A DNA stretch of 64,000 bases, taken from NCBI GenBank assembly GCA_963828735.1, contig CAWHFW010000002.1, positions 672,001 through 736,000 of the forward strand. Direction: 5' to 3'. Below the pieces are notes generated by a model. That model did not search any database. It saw only the letters and a program-made list of their open reading frames with translations, and was not told the origin of the DNA. Position numbers and translations under genes: made by a program. Positions within the stretch are counted from its first letter, which is position 1. Each line of letters starts with the position of its first letter. Shown here piece by piece: positions 41,983-53,681 of the stretch. Origin of the DNA: an uncultured Gemmatimonadales bacterium (GTDB lineage: Bacteria > Gemmatimonadota > Gemmatimonadetes > Gemmatimonadales > GWC2-71-9).

Positions 41983-42125
41983 GCCTAACAGATTGCAAAT
42001 CAGCTGCAGGCGAGCATCTTCACGCCCGCACTATTCGACGCTTCCACTGTTTGGCTACGAGGAGCGTCGGGCCCGCACGGAACGCCGGCCCACCCCGGCC
42101 TGTCGGCTGCATTTGCGGGTTAGGC
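41983..42125 (-). repeat. attC site (intact, first of the array)
   Basis: GCCTAACAGATTGCAAATCAGCTGCAGG...GCTGCATTTGCGGGTTAGGC. Confidence 0.92.
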
Positions 42126-42266
42126 CGCTTCCCCGCGCGGATGGCGGCTTGCGTCGGCAGTCGATCATACGAGCTGTCCTATCCGACTGCCTGGTCGCGG
42201 GTGACCCCAGCACCCGATGCGTACCGGAAGCCCGCCGCGTCACGTCGCCTCGGACACCTCCCCGAT

Positions 42267-42524
42267 CTACAGCCGCACCGGCGGCCGCGGCCTGGCCACG
42301 CCTGGTCCCCAATCGTCGCCCTCGAATCCGTCCTCCGGCGCCCGTCCGCTCTCGAGCTCCCGCACCTCCTCCTCCGCCGCCTCGAGCTCCTCCCGGTCGA
42401 TACCGTCGTCGCCGACGAGCCGTGGACCCGGGTGGCGCGGACGCCGCACCAGCCACACCGCCAGCGACGTGATCGCCGCGGCCGCCACCAGCAACGTTCC
42501 CACCGGCCCGGTCACGAACGGCAC
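42267..42524 (-). CDS. Small membrane-anchored acidic protein
   Basis: TM helix, D.EEL..AE.EVR.L, DDWGPG; directly after pdp. Confidence 0.7.
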   Translation of the reverse strand: MPFVTGPVGTLLVAAAAITSLAVWLVRRPRHPGPRLVGDDGIDREELEAAEEEVRELESGRAPEDGFEGDDWGPGVARPRPPVRL

Positions 42525-42525
42525 G

Positions 42526-43860
42526 TCAGTCCACCGCCGCCAGGACCTCGACGCCGCGCGCCGTGATCCGGTGCGAGATCAGCGGCGTGAGGCGGCCGGC
42601 GTCGCCGATGGACACGGCCTCGCCCAGCGCGGTAGTACCCAGCGCGATCCCGGCATCGTCCCGCGCGAAGATAGAGGCGATGGGCTCCCCCGCGCGCACG
42701 GGATCCCCCGGCTTCACCGTGATGACGAAGCCCACCGTCGGGTCCACCGCATCCTCGACCGCCATGCGCCCGCCACCCAGCTCGACGATGGCGCGGCCGA
42801 TCCGTCGCGGCTCCACCGCGACAACCACTCCGGTCCGCGCCGCGCGATAGACCTCCACCGCCTGCGCCTGGGGCAGCACGCCCGGGTCCTCGATCACGCC
42901 CGGGTTGCCGCCCTGGGCCTCGACCACCCGCGCGAAGGTCTCGAGCGCACGGCCCGACGTGACCGCCTTCTCGAGCCGGGTCCGCGCCTCCTCCAGGCTC
43001 GCCGCCGCGCCCACCAGCACCAGCATCTCGGCGCCGAGGGCGTAGGTGACCTCCAGCAGGTCGGCCGGCCCGCTGCCGCGGAGCCCTTCGATCGCCTCTT
43101 CCATCTCGAGGGCGTTGCCGCAGGCGCGCCCCAGCGGACGATCCATCGCCGTGAGCAGCGCGACCGTGGGACAGCCGCGCGCCTCACCCAGCCCGATCAT
43201 TGTACGGGCCAGCTCGATGGACTTGGAGAGGTCGGTCAGGAACGCGCCGCTCCCCGTCTTCACGTCGAGCACCAGCCCGTTGAGCCCTTCGGCCAGCTTC
43301 TTCGACATGATGCTCGCGGAGATGAGCGGGATGGATTCCACGGTCGCGGTCACGTCGCGCAAGGCGTAGAGCCGCTTGTCGGCCGGCGCGATCTCCGGCG
43401 TCTGGCCCAGCATGGCGCAACCCAGCCGGTCGATCTGGGCGCGCGCCTCCCGCAGGGAGAGGTTGGTGCGGAACCCGGGAATGGACTCGAGCTTGTCGAG
43501 CGTGCCGCCGGTGTGGCCCAGGCCGCGCCCCGACATCATCGGGACCGCCACGCCGCAACTCGCGACCATCGGGGCGAGCAGGAGGGAGACCTTGTCACCC
43601 ACGCCGCCGGTGGAATGCTTGTCGACCACCGGACGCGCATAGCCGTCGAACCGCAGCCGGTCGCCCGAGTCGATCATCGCGTCGGTGAGCGCCGCCAGTT
43701 CCGCCGGCTCGAGGCCGCGGAAATAGATGGCCATGAGCAGCGCGGACAACTGGTAGTCCGGTACCTGCCCCGCGACATAGGCGCGGATCAGCTCGGACCA
43801 TTGAGCGGGTGTGAGCGCGCCGCCGTCCCGCTTGTGCTCGATGAGCGCCGGAATCACCAT
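42526..43860 (-). CDS. pdp: Pyrimidine-nucleoside/thymidine phosphorylase
   Basis: DKHSTGGVGDK, SGRGLGHTGGTLDKLE, SIMSKK, DVK.G.GAF. Confidence 0.95.
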   Translation of the reverse strand: MVIPALIEHKRDGGALTPAQWSELIRAYVAGQVPDYQLSALLMAIYFRGLEPAELAALTDAMIDSGDRLRFDGYARPVVDKHSTGGVGDKVSLLLAPMVASCGVAVPMMSGRGLGHTGGTLDKLESIPGFRTNLSLREARAQIDRLGCAMLGQTPEIAPADKRLYALRDVTATVESIPLISASIMSKKLAEGLNGLVLDVKTGSGAFLTDLSKSIELARTMIGLGEARGCPTVALLTAMDRPLGRACGNALEMEEAIEGLRGSGPADLLEVTYALGAEMLVLVGAAASLEEARTRLEKAVTSGRALETFARVVEAQGGNPGVIEDPGVLPQAQAVEVYRAARTGVVVAVEPRRIGRAIVELGGGRMAVEDAVDPTVGFVITVKPGDPVRAGEPIASIFARDDAGIALGTTALGEAVSIGDAGRLTPLISHRITARGVEVLAAVD

Positions 43861-43886
43861 TCGGAATCATCCTCGACCAGGACCCA

Positions 43887-44684
43887 TTGCCTCGTCACGC
43901 GTCGATCCGACTCGCCGCCCTGCTCTCGATCGCTGCCGCGGCCGCCGCCGCGCCGGTTTCTGCGCAGGGCGTGCGCGACCACGTCTCCCTGGGCACCTCG
44001 GCCCTGCAGGTGCACGACCTGCCCACCGCCCTCGCGCACTACGAGGCGGCGCTCGCGCTCGACTCCACCGACTACGAGGCGAACTGGCGCGCCTCGATCG
44101 TCCTGCTCGACCAGGGCGAGCAGATCCCCGACAGCATCCGGAGCCCCGAGCGCGACTCGCTCTACGCCCGCGCTGAGCGCCTCGCCCGGCGGGCCGTGGC
44201 CGCCGACTCGCTCGGCGCCGACGGGCATTTCGCGCTCGCGGCGTCCGTGGGGCGCGCGTCGCTCAGCATGGGGAAGAAGGAGCGGATCCGCCGGGCCAAG
44301 GTCATCCGCGAGGAGGCCCTCCGCACCATCGCCCTCGACCCGCGCCACGACGGGGCCTACCACATCCTCGGACGGTGGAACGCGGAGATCATGCGGCTCT
44401 CGGGGCTCAGCCGCTTCTTCGCGAAGTCGCTCCTCGGCGCCGGGATCTTCGGCGAGGCGTCCTGGGACGGCGCCGTCTCGAACATGGAAAAGGCGGTCGC
44501 GCTGGACCCGGGGCGCCTCTACCACCGGCTCGAGCTGGCCGAGATCTACGTGGACCGGAAGCGCTACGACGACGCGCGGGCGCAGCTGAAGGAGCTCGAG
44601 GCCCTGCCGGATCGGGAGATCATGGACAGCGTGTACCGTCGCGAAGCGGAGGCGCTGGGCCGCCAGATCGCCGACAAGAAGTGA
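43887..44684 (+). CDS. Secreted TPR-like helical repeat protein
   Basis: Signal peptide; repeated A..LDP motifs. Confidence 0.8.
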   Translation: MPRHASIRLAALLSIAAAAAAAPVSAQGVRDHVSLGTSALQVHDLPTALAHYEAALALDSTDYEANWRASIVLLDQGEQIPDSIRSPERDSLYARAERLARRAVAADSLGADGHFALAASVGRASLSMGKKERIRRAKVIREEALRTIALDPRHDGAYHILGRWNAEIMRLSGLSRFFAKSLLGAGIFGEASWDGAVSNMEKAVALDPGRLYHRLELAEIYVDRKRYDDARAQLKELEALPDREIMDSVYRREAEALGRQIADKK

Positions 44685-44883
44685 TGCTCGACGCGCCCCG
44701 GCGCGCGGGCTCCCTGCAACCTACCCCCGTCCGGTGAAGCGTCAACCATCATGACACCATAGACTTTTGACAGATAGGCTGCACATTCCTTCATGAGTTT
44801 TCGGGTAGGGGCCGCCGTCGTATACTGGTGCAGGCGGCGCCCCTCCGGGGGCCCGTGTCGGCCCCTTAAATCCAGGACGCCCA

Positions 44884-47675
<2,792 letters not shown>

Positions 47676-47713
47676 CTTCGAGCGCCTCCACTCACCCCGA
47701 CACCGGTATCGCG

Positions 47714-48289
47714 ATGACCGCACAGCCGTCTCACCCGCACCGTCCCGGGGTTCGCCTGGGCCGCAAGGTCCTCCATCAGCTTCGCGCCGCGCTCGAGCGC
47801 GACACGGGGCTCCAGGCCGCCAGCTACCTGCAGGAGGCGGGCTTCGCCGGCGGGGAGGAGCTGTACGGGGAGTTCGCGGAGTGGCTGCTGGCGACGCGCG
47901 GTGTGGAGCGGCCGACGGACCTCGACGCCCAGTATCTGAACGAGATCCTGTCGCAGTTCTTCACCGAGCTGGGCTGGGGCTCCCTCTCGGCGACGGCGCT
48001 CGGCTCGGCCGTGCTGGCGCTGGATTCCACTGAGTGGGCGGAGGCGTCGGACGAGGCCCGCGGCGAGTTCCCGTCGTGCCATCTGACCTGCGGCTTGCTG
48101 GCGGACTTCTTCGGGCGCCTCTCCGACGGGCTCGTCGCCGTGATGGAGGTGGAGTGCCGGTCCCGGGGCGACGCCCGCTGCCGATTCCTCGCAGGCGCCC
48201 CCGAGACCCTCAGCTCGCTGTACGAGCGCATGGCGCAGGGCACCAGCTACGCCGACGCCCTGGGGGTCAATTCGCCTTCAGCAGCTTGA
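47714..48289 (+). CDS. V4R domain protein
   Basis: GWG, C.L..G.LA.FF, EVEC.S.GD..C.F. Confidence 0.85.
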   Translation: MTAQPSHPHRPGVRLGRKVLHQLRAALERDTGLQAASYLQEAGFAGGEELYGEFAEWLLATRGVERPTDLDAQYLNEILSQFFTELGWGSLSATALGSAVLALDSTEWAEASDEARGEFPSCHLTCGLLADFFGRLSDGLVAVMEVECRSRGDARCRFLAGAPETLSSLYERMAQGTSYADALGVNSPSAA

Positions 48290-49343
48290 TGCCGCCGGAC
48301 CCGGTCTCGATCGCGATCGATCCCTCCCCGTCCCCGATCGTCCCCACCATGTGATCCCGGCTCTGCCGGGTGACCTGCAGCGGAAAATCGGTCTCGATGT
48401 CGCCGCTGGAGGTCTCGATCTCCACCGCCGCGCCGAGCGTGGCCGGGGCGCGGATCGCGATGTCGCCCGAACCGGTCTCCACCGCGAGCGAGGACACGTC
48501 CCGGCGGAGGTCCGCCGTGATGTGGCCGCTCCCCGTCTCGAGCGAGAGGCGCGGCGATGTCACGTTCGTGAGCTTGACCTCGCCGGACCCGGTGTCCACC
48601 GACAGCTCGTCGCTCACGAGATCGCTGCCGGTCACCTCGCCGGAGCCCGTGTCGATCGAGAGCACCGTACCCTGGAAGCCGGTCACCTCCACGGCGCCCG
48701 AACCGGTATCCACGTCCACGTCGCCCCGCGCCTGCGTGATTCGCACGTCGCCCGCGCCCACGTCTACACTGAGCGTGCCCCGGGTCCCGGAGGCGGTGAC
48801 CGGCGCGCTGTGCGTGTCGAGCGTGAGCTCGCCGTCCACGTTCGTGACGGTGACCGAGCCGATCGCGAGGTACACGGCCAGCTGGGCGCCCTTGGGCATC
48901 CGGACGAGCAGGTCGGCGCGGGCGTCGAGGCCCTCCGTGCCGTCGGAGATGGTCACCCGGCGCCCTTCCTCCCAGCGATGGTGGTCCGTGTGGCCATGCT
49001 GGTACTGGTCGTGGTCGCCGAAGGTCCCGTCGTCGCGCACGCGAAGCTGGGTGGACCCGTTGCTCCGGATGCTGCCCGATCGGACCCGGTCGCTCGGATA
49101 GACGACGCGCAGCGTCGAGCGGCCGTCGATGTCTCCCTGACCAATCTTGAGCTGGGCGGCATCGGCGCCGGCGCGGGTCACCTGCACGACGACCGCGCCT
49201 TCGCCGGGCTCGATGCGGAGCGCTCCGACCAGGTTGTACACGGCGGCGGGACCCTCGTCGAGGGTATAGCGCTCGGATTGCTGCGCGCACAGCGCGGCCG
49301 GCAGGCCGAGCACCAGGCAGGATACTATCGGAAACCGCATCAT
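48267..49343 (-). CDS. DUF4097 (adhesin-like beta-repeat) protein
   Basis: Repeated (D/E)TGSG.(V/I) units; signal peptide. Confidence 0.88.
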   Translation of the reverse strand: MMRFPIVSCLVLGLPAALCAQQSERYTLDEGPAAVYNLVGALRIEPGEGAVVVQVTRAGADAAQLKIGQGDIDGRSTLRVVYPSDRVRSGSIRSNGSTQLRVRDDGTFGDHDQYQHGHTDHHRWEEGRRVTISDGTEGLDARADLLVRMPKGAQLAVYLAIGSVTVTNVDGELTLDTHSAPVTASGTRGTLSVDVGAGDVRITQARGDVDVDTGSGAVEVTGFQGTVLSIDTGSGEVTGSDLVSDELSVDTGSGEVKLTNVTSPRLSLETGSGHITADLRRDVSSLAVETGSGDIAIRAPATLGAAVEIETSSGDIETDFPLQVTRQSRDHMVGTIGDGEGSIAIETGSGGIKLLKAN

Positions 49344-49434
49344 CAGGGGCGCTCCAAAGGAGGGGACCCCGCTTGGATGGGCCGGACGCCTGCAGGGTTG
49401 CAGGGTGCCTGGGCGCGCCGGTGGAGCGGCCGGT

Positions 49435-49941
49435 TCAGGAGAGGCGGGCGGCGTAGTCCGGGCGGACGACCAGCTCGCCGCCCTGGATGATTTCGCGGTC
49501 CCAGGGGAGGATGATGAAGCTTTCGGTCTCGAAGGCGTGATAGTCGGGCGCGTACTCGCCCGTCTTGAACGACACCGCGGAGCGGACCTCGGCGGGCTTG
49601 AGGGCCCGCACTTCGCTGAGGGCGAGCCGCATCGTGCTGCCCGATTCGCAGGTCTCGTCCACCACGAGGATGCGGCGGCCGCGGATGCTGGCCGGCGGAC
49701 CGGACACCAGCACCGGGGCGGCGTCCTCCTCCCGGCGCGTCAGCGTCATCGAGGTGAACTCGCATTGCAGGATGGAGGCGACCACGACGCCGGGAATGAC
49801 CCCGGCGCGGGCCACGCCGAGCACGATCTCGGGCTGGTAGTCGCGGGCGACGCGCAGGGCCAGCGCGCGGCAGATCTCGCCGAAGAACGGCCAGTCCACC
49901 TCGAGCACTCCCCGCGGCCCGCTGGGTACGGAACGGCGCAC
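49435..49941 (-). CDS. Phosphoribosyltransferase (Gpt-like)
   Basis: LGVARAG, ILVVDE...SG.T, I..PW. Confidence 0.88.
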   Translation of the reverse strand: MRRSVPSGPRGVLEVDWPFFGEICRALALRVARDYQPEIVLGVARAGVIPGVVVASILQCEFTSMTLTRREEDAAPVLVSGPPASIRGRRILVVDETCESGSTMRLALSEVRALKPAEVRSAVSFKTGEYAPDYHAFETESFIILPWDREIIQGGELVVRPDYAARLS

Positions 49942-50099
49942 GTCGTCATCCTCCCGTCGAGTTGTCCCCAACCTACGCCCGTCGGGCCGGGTCAGCAACC
50001 GCGTACCGTCGCGTTGCGGCACCTCCTCACGCGGGATATCTTTGCCGAAGGCCAACACATTGTGCCCGTTCGACTTTGCTCGGAGAATCGCCCTCGCCC

Positions 50100-50543
50100 A
50101 TGAGCTTCTGGAACCGCCTGTTCGGCAAGGAGAGTCGGGAGGCGCTGCAGCCGCAGCGCCTCGACTATCTCAACGAGGGATTGGCGCTGGAGCGCCAGGG
50201 GGACTTCGAGGCCGCGCTCACGTCCTACCGGCTCGCCTTCCGGGACAATCCCACGGATTCGCGCATCCTGCTCAACATGGCCATCGCGTTCACTAAGACC
50301 GGCCAGCCGGAAGAGGCCATCCGCCACTACAAGCGCGCGCTCGAGCTGGACGACAGCCTCGTCGGCGCGCACTACGGCGTCGCGTTTCTGCTCCTCAAGC
50401 GCGGCGACTCGCAGCAAGCGGCCGAGCACCTGCGGGCCTTCCTGGCGCGGCCGCCGCGAGGGCCCGATGCCGAGCGATGGGTTCGCCACGCGGAGACCGC
50501 GCTGCGCGAGATCGCGGGCAGCCCGGCCCCGGAGACGCTGTGA
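50100..50543 (+). CDS. Tetratricopeptide repeat protein
   Basis: Three TPR-like repeats. Confidence 0.85.
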   Translation: MSFWNRLFGKESREALQPQRLDYLNEGLALERQGDFEAALTSYRLAFRDNPTDSRILLNMAIAFTKTGQPEEAIRHYKRALELDDSLVGAHYGVAFLLLKRGDSQQAAEHLRAFLARPPRGPDAERWVRHAETALREIAGSPAPETL

Positions 50544-51235
50544 GGCGTGCGCTCGGGTACTTGCTCGCGGCCATGACGGCAGGATGCAGCGGATTGACGG
50601 AAGACGAAGGCGGGGTCGTGGGAATCGAGGTGCAGGTGCCGGGCCCCGACAGCCTCGAGGTGGGGGAATCGATCCAGCTCGCCGCCCGGCCGCTCGACAA
50701 GAATGGCGACAGCGTCGCCGCCACGGTCGTCTGGGTTTCCGTTGACCCTACTGCCGTGATCGATGCCTCGACGGGCGTGCTCACCGGCGTGAGCGTGGGC
50801 TCCGCGCGCGTGCAGGCGACCGTCGGGAGCCTCGGCTCGAATCTCATCACGTTCAGCGTCGTCCCTCCGGCCGACACGCTGACCATCTCGGGTGACTCGG
50901 TCTTCGTTTCCCCCGTCGATGCCGCGACCCTGCCGGACTTCGTCACCCTGGTCAGCAGCTTCAACCCGCCCGGGCCGGTGCCCAATCTGGGCGTGATCTA
51001 CGCCATCACCGATCCCGACCCGCTCACCACGACACCGGCGGTGGTGCTCAACACCAACGGACAGTCCACCGACACCGTTCCGACCGGATCGGACGGCACG
51101 GCGCGCTCCGCGCTCCGCCTCCTCCCGGGCGTGACACCTCCCGAGAGCGTCATCGTCGCCGTTGGAGCCACGCGCATCCACGGCGTACACGTCCCCGGCT
51201 CTGGCGCGCGGTTCATCCTCCGGTTCCAGCAGTAG
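50540..51235 (+). CDS. Lipoprotein with Ig-like domain
   Basis: TAGC lipobox; V.W.S.D...A.ID..TG.LTG. Confidence 0.78.
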   Translation: MRRALGYLLAAMTAGCSGLTEDEGGVVGIEVQVPGPDSLEVGESIQLAARPLDKNGDSVAATVVWVSVDPTAVIDASTGVLTGVSVGSARVQATVGSLGSNLITFSVVPPADTLTISGDSVFVSPVDAATLPDFVTLVSSFNPPGPVPNLGVIYAITDPDPLTTTPAVVLNTNGQSTDTVPTGSDGTARSALRLLPGVTPPESVIVAVGATRIHGVHVPGSGARFILRFQQ

Positions 51236-51309
51236 GAGGCGTCACGCCCAGCACGCTGACCGAGCTCTATTTCGGGGCCGTCGAGCGGTTCGCGGCCCGA
51301 CCCGTCGCC

Positions 51310-53049
51310 ATGCGGATCCGGCGCCAGGGCCGCTGGACCGACCTCTCTTATCACGCGCTCGCCGAGCAGGTGCAGGCGGCCAGCGTGGGGCTGTGCGAGC
51401 TCGGCCTCCGCGACGGCGACCGGGTGGCGATCCTGTCCGAGAATCGGCCGGAGTGGGCCATCGCGGACTACGCCTGCCTTGCCGCGCGATGCACCGACGT
51501 GCCGATCTATCCCACGCTTCCCGCCCGTCAGGCCGAGTACATCCTGCGCGACTCCGGCGCCACGGTGCTCCTGGTCTCCTCCGCCGCCCAGCTCGAGAAA
51601 GCGCTCGCGATCCGCGACGGGCTGCCGGCGCTCCGTCACATCGTGGCGTTCGACGAGGGCGTGCGCGGGCCGGACGTGCTCAGCTTCGGAGAGTTGCTGG
51701 CCTGCGGGCGCGCGGCGCTCGCACGCCACCCGGACTGGCGCGCCCGCGCGCTCGGCGCCGGCCCGGATGATCTCGCCACGCTGATCTACACCTCCGGGAC
51801 CACCGGCGACCCCAAGGGCGTCATGCTGACGCACGGGAACATCGCGTCCAACGTCACCAGCTGCGTCGGGCTGTTCGATTTCCGCGAGAGCGACGAGTGC
51901 CTCTCCTTCCTGCCGCTGTCCCACATCTTCGAGCGGATGTTCGGACATTATTCGATGTTCCACGCCGGCGTGCTGATCAACTATGCCGGCGGCATCGATA
52001 CCGTGGCCGCCGACATGCAGGAGCTCCGGCCCACGATGATGGCCTCGGTGCCGCGGCTCTACGAGAAGATCTTCGCGCGCGTGCTCGACAGCGTGCGCGC
52101 GAGCTCGCCACCTCGGCGCCACATCTTCAGCTGGGCCCGCAAGGTCGGGGAGACGTGGGTGGAGCGGCGCCTCTCGGGCGGCCCGGTTCCGGCGGGGCTC
52201 GCCCTCCAGCGTCGCGCGGCGGATCGGCTCGTGTTCTCCAAGCTTCGCGCGCGCACCGGCGGGCGCATCCGGTTCTTCATCTCGGGCGGCGCGCCGCTCG
52301 CGCCCGAGATCGCCAGGTTCTTCTTCGCCGCCGGCATGCCGATCCTCGAGGGCTACGGCCTGACCGAGACGTCGCCCGTCATGGCGGTGAACGTGTTCGG
52401 CCAGACCAAGCTGGGGACCGTGGGCCGGCCGATTCCCGGCGTGGAGGTGCGCATCGCGCCCGACGGCGAGATCGTCACCCGGGGACCCAACGTGATGCAC
52501 GGGTACTACGGGAAGCCGCAGGCGACGGCCGAGGCCGTCGATCCAGACGGGTGGTTTCACACGGGCGACATCGGACTGCTCGACGCGGAGGGCTACCTCC
52601 GGATCACCGATCGGAAGAAGGACCTGATCGTGACGGCGGGCGGCAAGAACATCGCGCCGCAGCCGATCGAGAACCTGGCCAAGACCAGCAAGTACGTCTC
52701 CAACGCGGTGATGATTGGCGACCGCCGGCCCTTCCCCGTCATGCTCGTCGTGCCCAACGCCGAGCCGCTCAAGGCGTGGGCCGCGCGCGCGGGGCTTCCC
52801 ACCGACGATCTCGAGCGGCTGGTCAGCGACGGCCAGGTGCAGGCCAAGCTCGAGCGCGAGGTGCAGCGCACGCTCCGTGACCTCGCGCAGTTCGAGATGC
52901 CGAAGAGGTTTTTGATCCTGTCGCGGGATTTCAGCGTGGAAGGCGGGGAGCTGACGCCGACCCTCAAGGTCAAGCGGCGGATCGTCGAAGAGCGCCATCG
53001 GGCGGCGATCGACGCCCTGTACACGGAGCGAGCCGCGGAATCGTCCTGA
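51310..53049 (+). CDS. Long-chain fatty acid-CoA ligase (AMP-binding)
   Basis: YTSGTTGDPKG, EGYGLTET, GWFHTGD, DRKKD; frame extends upstream to about 51241. Confidence 0.93.
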   Translation: MRIRRQGRWTDLSYHALAEQVQAASVGLCELGLRDGDRVAILSENRPEWAIADYACLAARCTDVPIYPTLPARQAEYILRDSGATVLLVSSAAQLEKALAIRDGLPALRHIVAFDEGVRGPDVLSFGELLACGRAALARHPDWRARALGAGPDDLATLIYTSGTTGDPKGVMLTHGNIASNVTSCVGLFDFRESDECLSFLPLSHIFERMFGHYSMFHAGVLINYAGGIDTVAADMQELRPTMMASVPRLYEKIFARVLDSVRASSPPRRHIFSWARKVGETWVERRLSGGPVPAGLALQRRAADRLVFSKLRARTGGRIRFFISGGAPLAPEIARFFFAAGMPILEGYGLTETSPVMAVNVFGQTKLGTVGRPIPGVEVRIAPDGEIVTRGPNVMHGYYGKPQATAEAVDPDGWFHTGDIGLLDAEGYLRITDRKKDLIVTAGGKNIAPQPIENLAKTSKYVSNAVMIGDRRPFPVMLVVPNAEPLKAWAARAGLPTDDLERLVSDGQVQAKLEREVQRTLRDLAQFEMPKRFLILSRDFSVEGGELTPTLKVKRRIVEERHRAAIDALYTERAAESS

Positions 53050-53096
53050 GAGCACTGCCTGACCGCACCGCGCCCGCTAACCGCTGGCCCTGCCGT

Positions 53097-53681
53097 CTAC
53101 CGTCGTAGGGTCCCCACCCAAACCCCATCCGCGCTGGCCATGAGGTCGATGGTCTCGGCCGAGGGGTCGGGTCCCTCCCCCACGACGCGCAGGCCCGGCA
53201 ACAGAACACGCGCCGCCTCCTCGACCCACCCGGCATCCCCACCATACGGCGCGCCGAGCACAACCCCTCGCATCGAGTGCGCCTTGAGCGGCAGGCGGCC
53301 GCTCCGAATCACGCTGATGCCCGGCTCATCCGCGACGCTGCCGGGCGGGTTGACCGCCACCAGGCCCACGCCCGGAATCAGCGTCGCAATGTCGCGCCAC
53401 TGTTCCGCCGGGCCGCCGACCAGGACCAGGTAGCCGCCCGGGCCGCCCAGGCCCACGAGCGGCGCGACCGCCGCCGGCGACAGCCGCGTCGCTGGCGGCG
53501 GTCCGGACCCGTCGCCCGTGTCGAAGACGCCATCGAGCACGGCAAAACGCCGGTCGCAGACCGGACAGCCGAGGGTCCCGGACCGCACCGACCGTCCGTC
53601 GAGCTGATCGGGGAGTAACACCAGGAACGCCTCGTCGTGCTCGACCGGACAGCGGAGGTGGTCCGTGAGCTCGATGAACAT
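53097..53681 (-). CDS. Hypothetical protein with Trm112-like N-terminus
   Basis: L.CP..H, G.L.CP.C...F.V.DGV; methyltransferase-like tail. Confidence 0.7.
   Translation of the reverse strand: MFIELTDHLRCPVEHDEAFLVLLPDQLDGRSVRSGTLGCPVCDRRFAVLDGVFDTGDGSGPPPATRLSPAAVAPLVGLGGPGGYLVLVGGPAEQWRDIATLIPGVGLVAVNPPGSVADEPGISVIRSGRLPLKAHSMRGVVLGAPYGGDAGWVEEAARVLLPGLRVVGEGPDPSAETIDLMASADGVWVGTLRR

Larger units (their letters stand above)
3357..42125 (-). mobile_element. Integron-type gene cassette array without adjacent integrase (CALIN-like)
   Basis: Recurrent attC-like repeats between short co-oriented unrelated genes; several stop codons lie inside the GCCTAAC/GTCTAAC core; no tyrosine recombinase ORF in the window. 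Confidence 0.88.

Noticed and set aside
36489..42125. Recurrent repeats as a CRISPR array or simple REP elements
   Set aside because: Units are up to ~144 bp, separated by whole genes, with R/L boxes and an extra base typical of attC; no cas genes
48300..48800. Repetitive DNA in DUF4097 gene
   Set aside because: Reflects the protein's TGSG beta-repeats, not a DNA element
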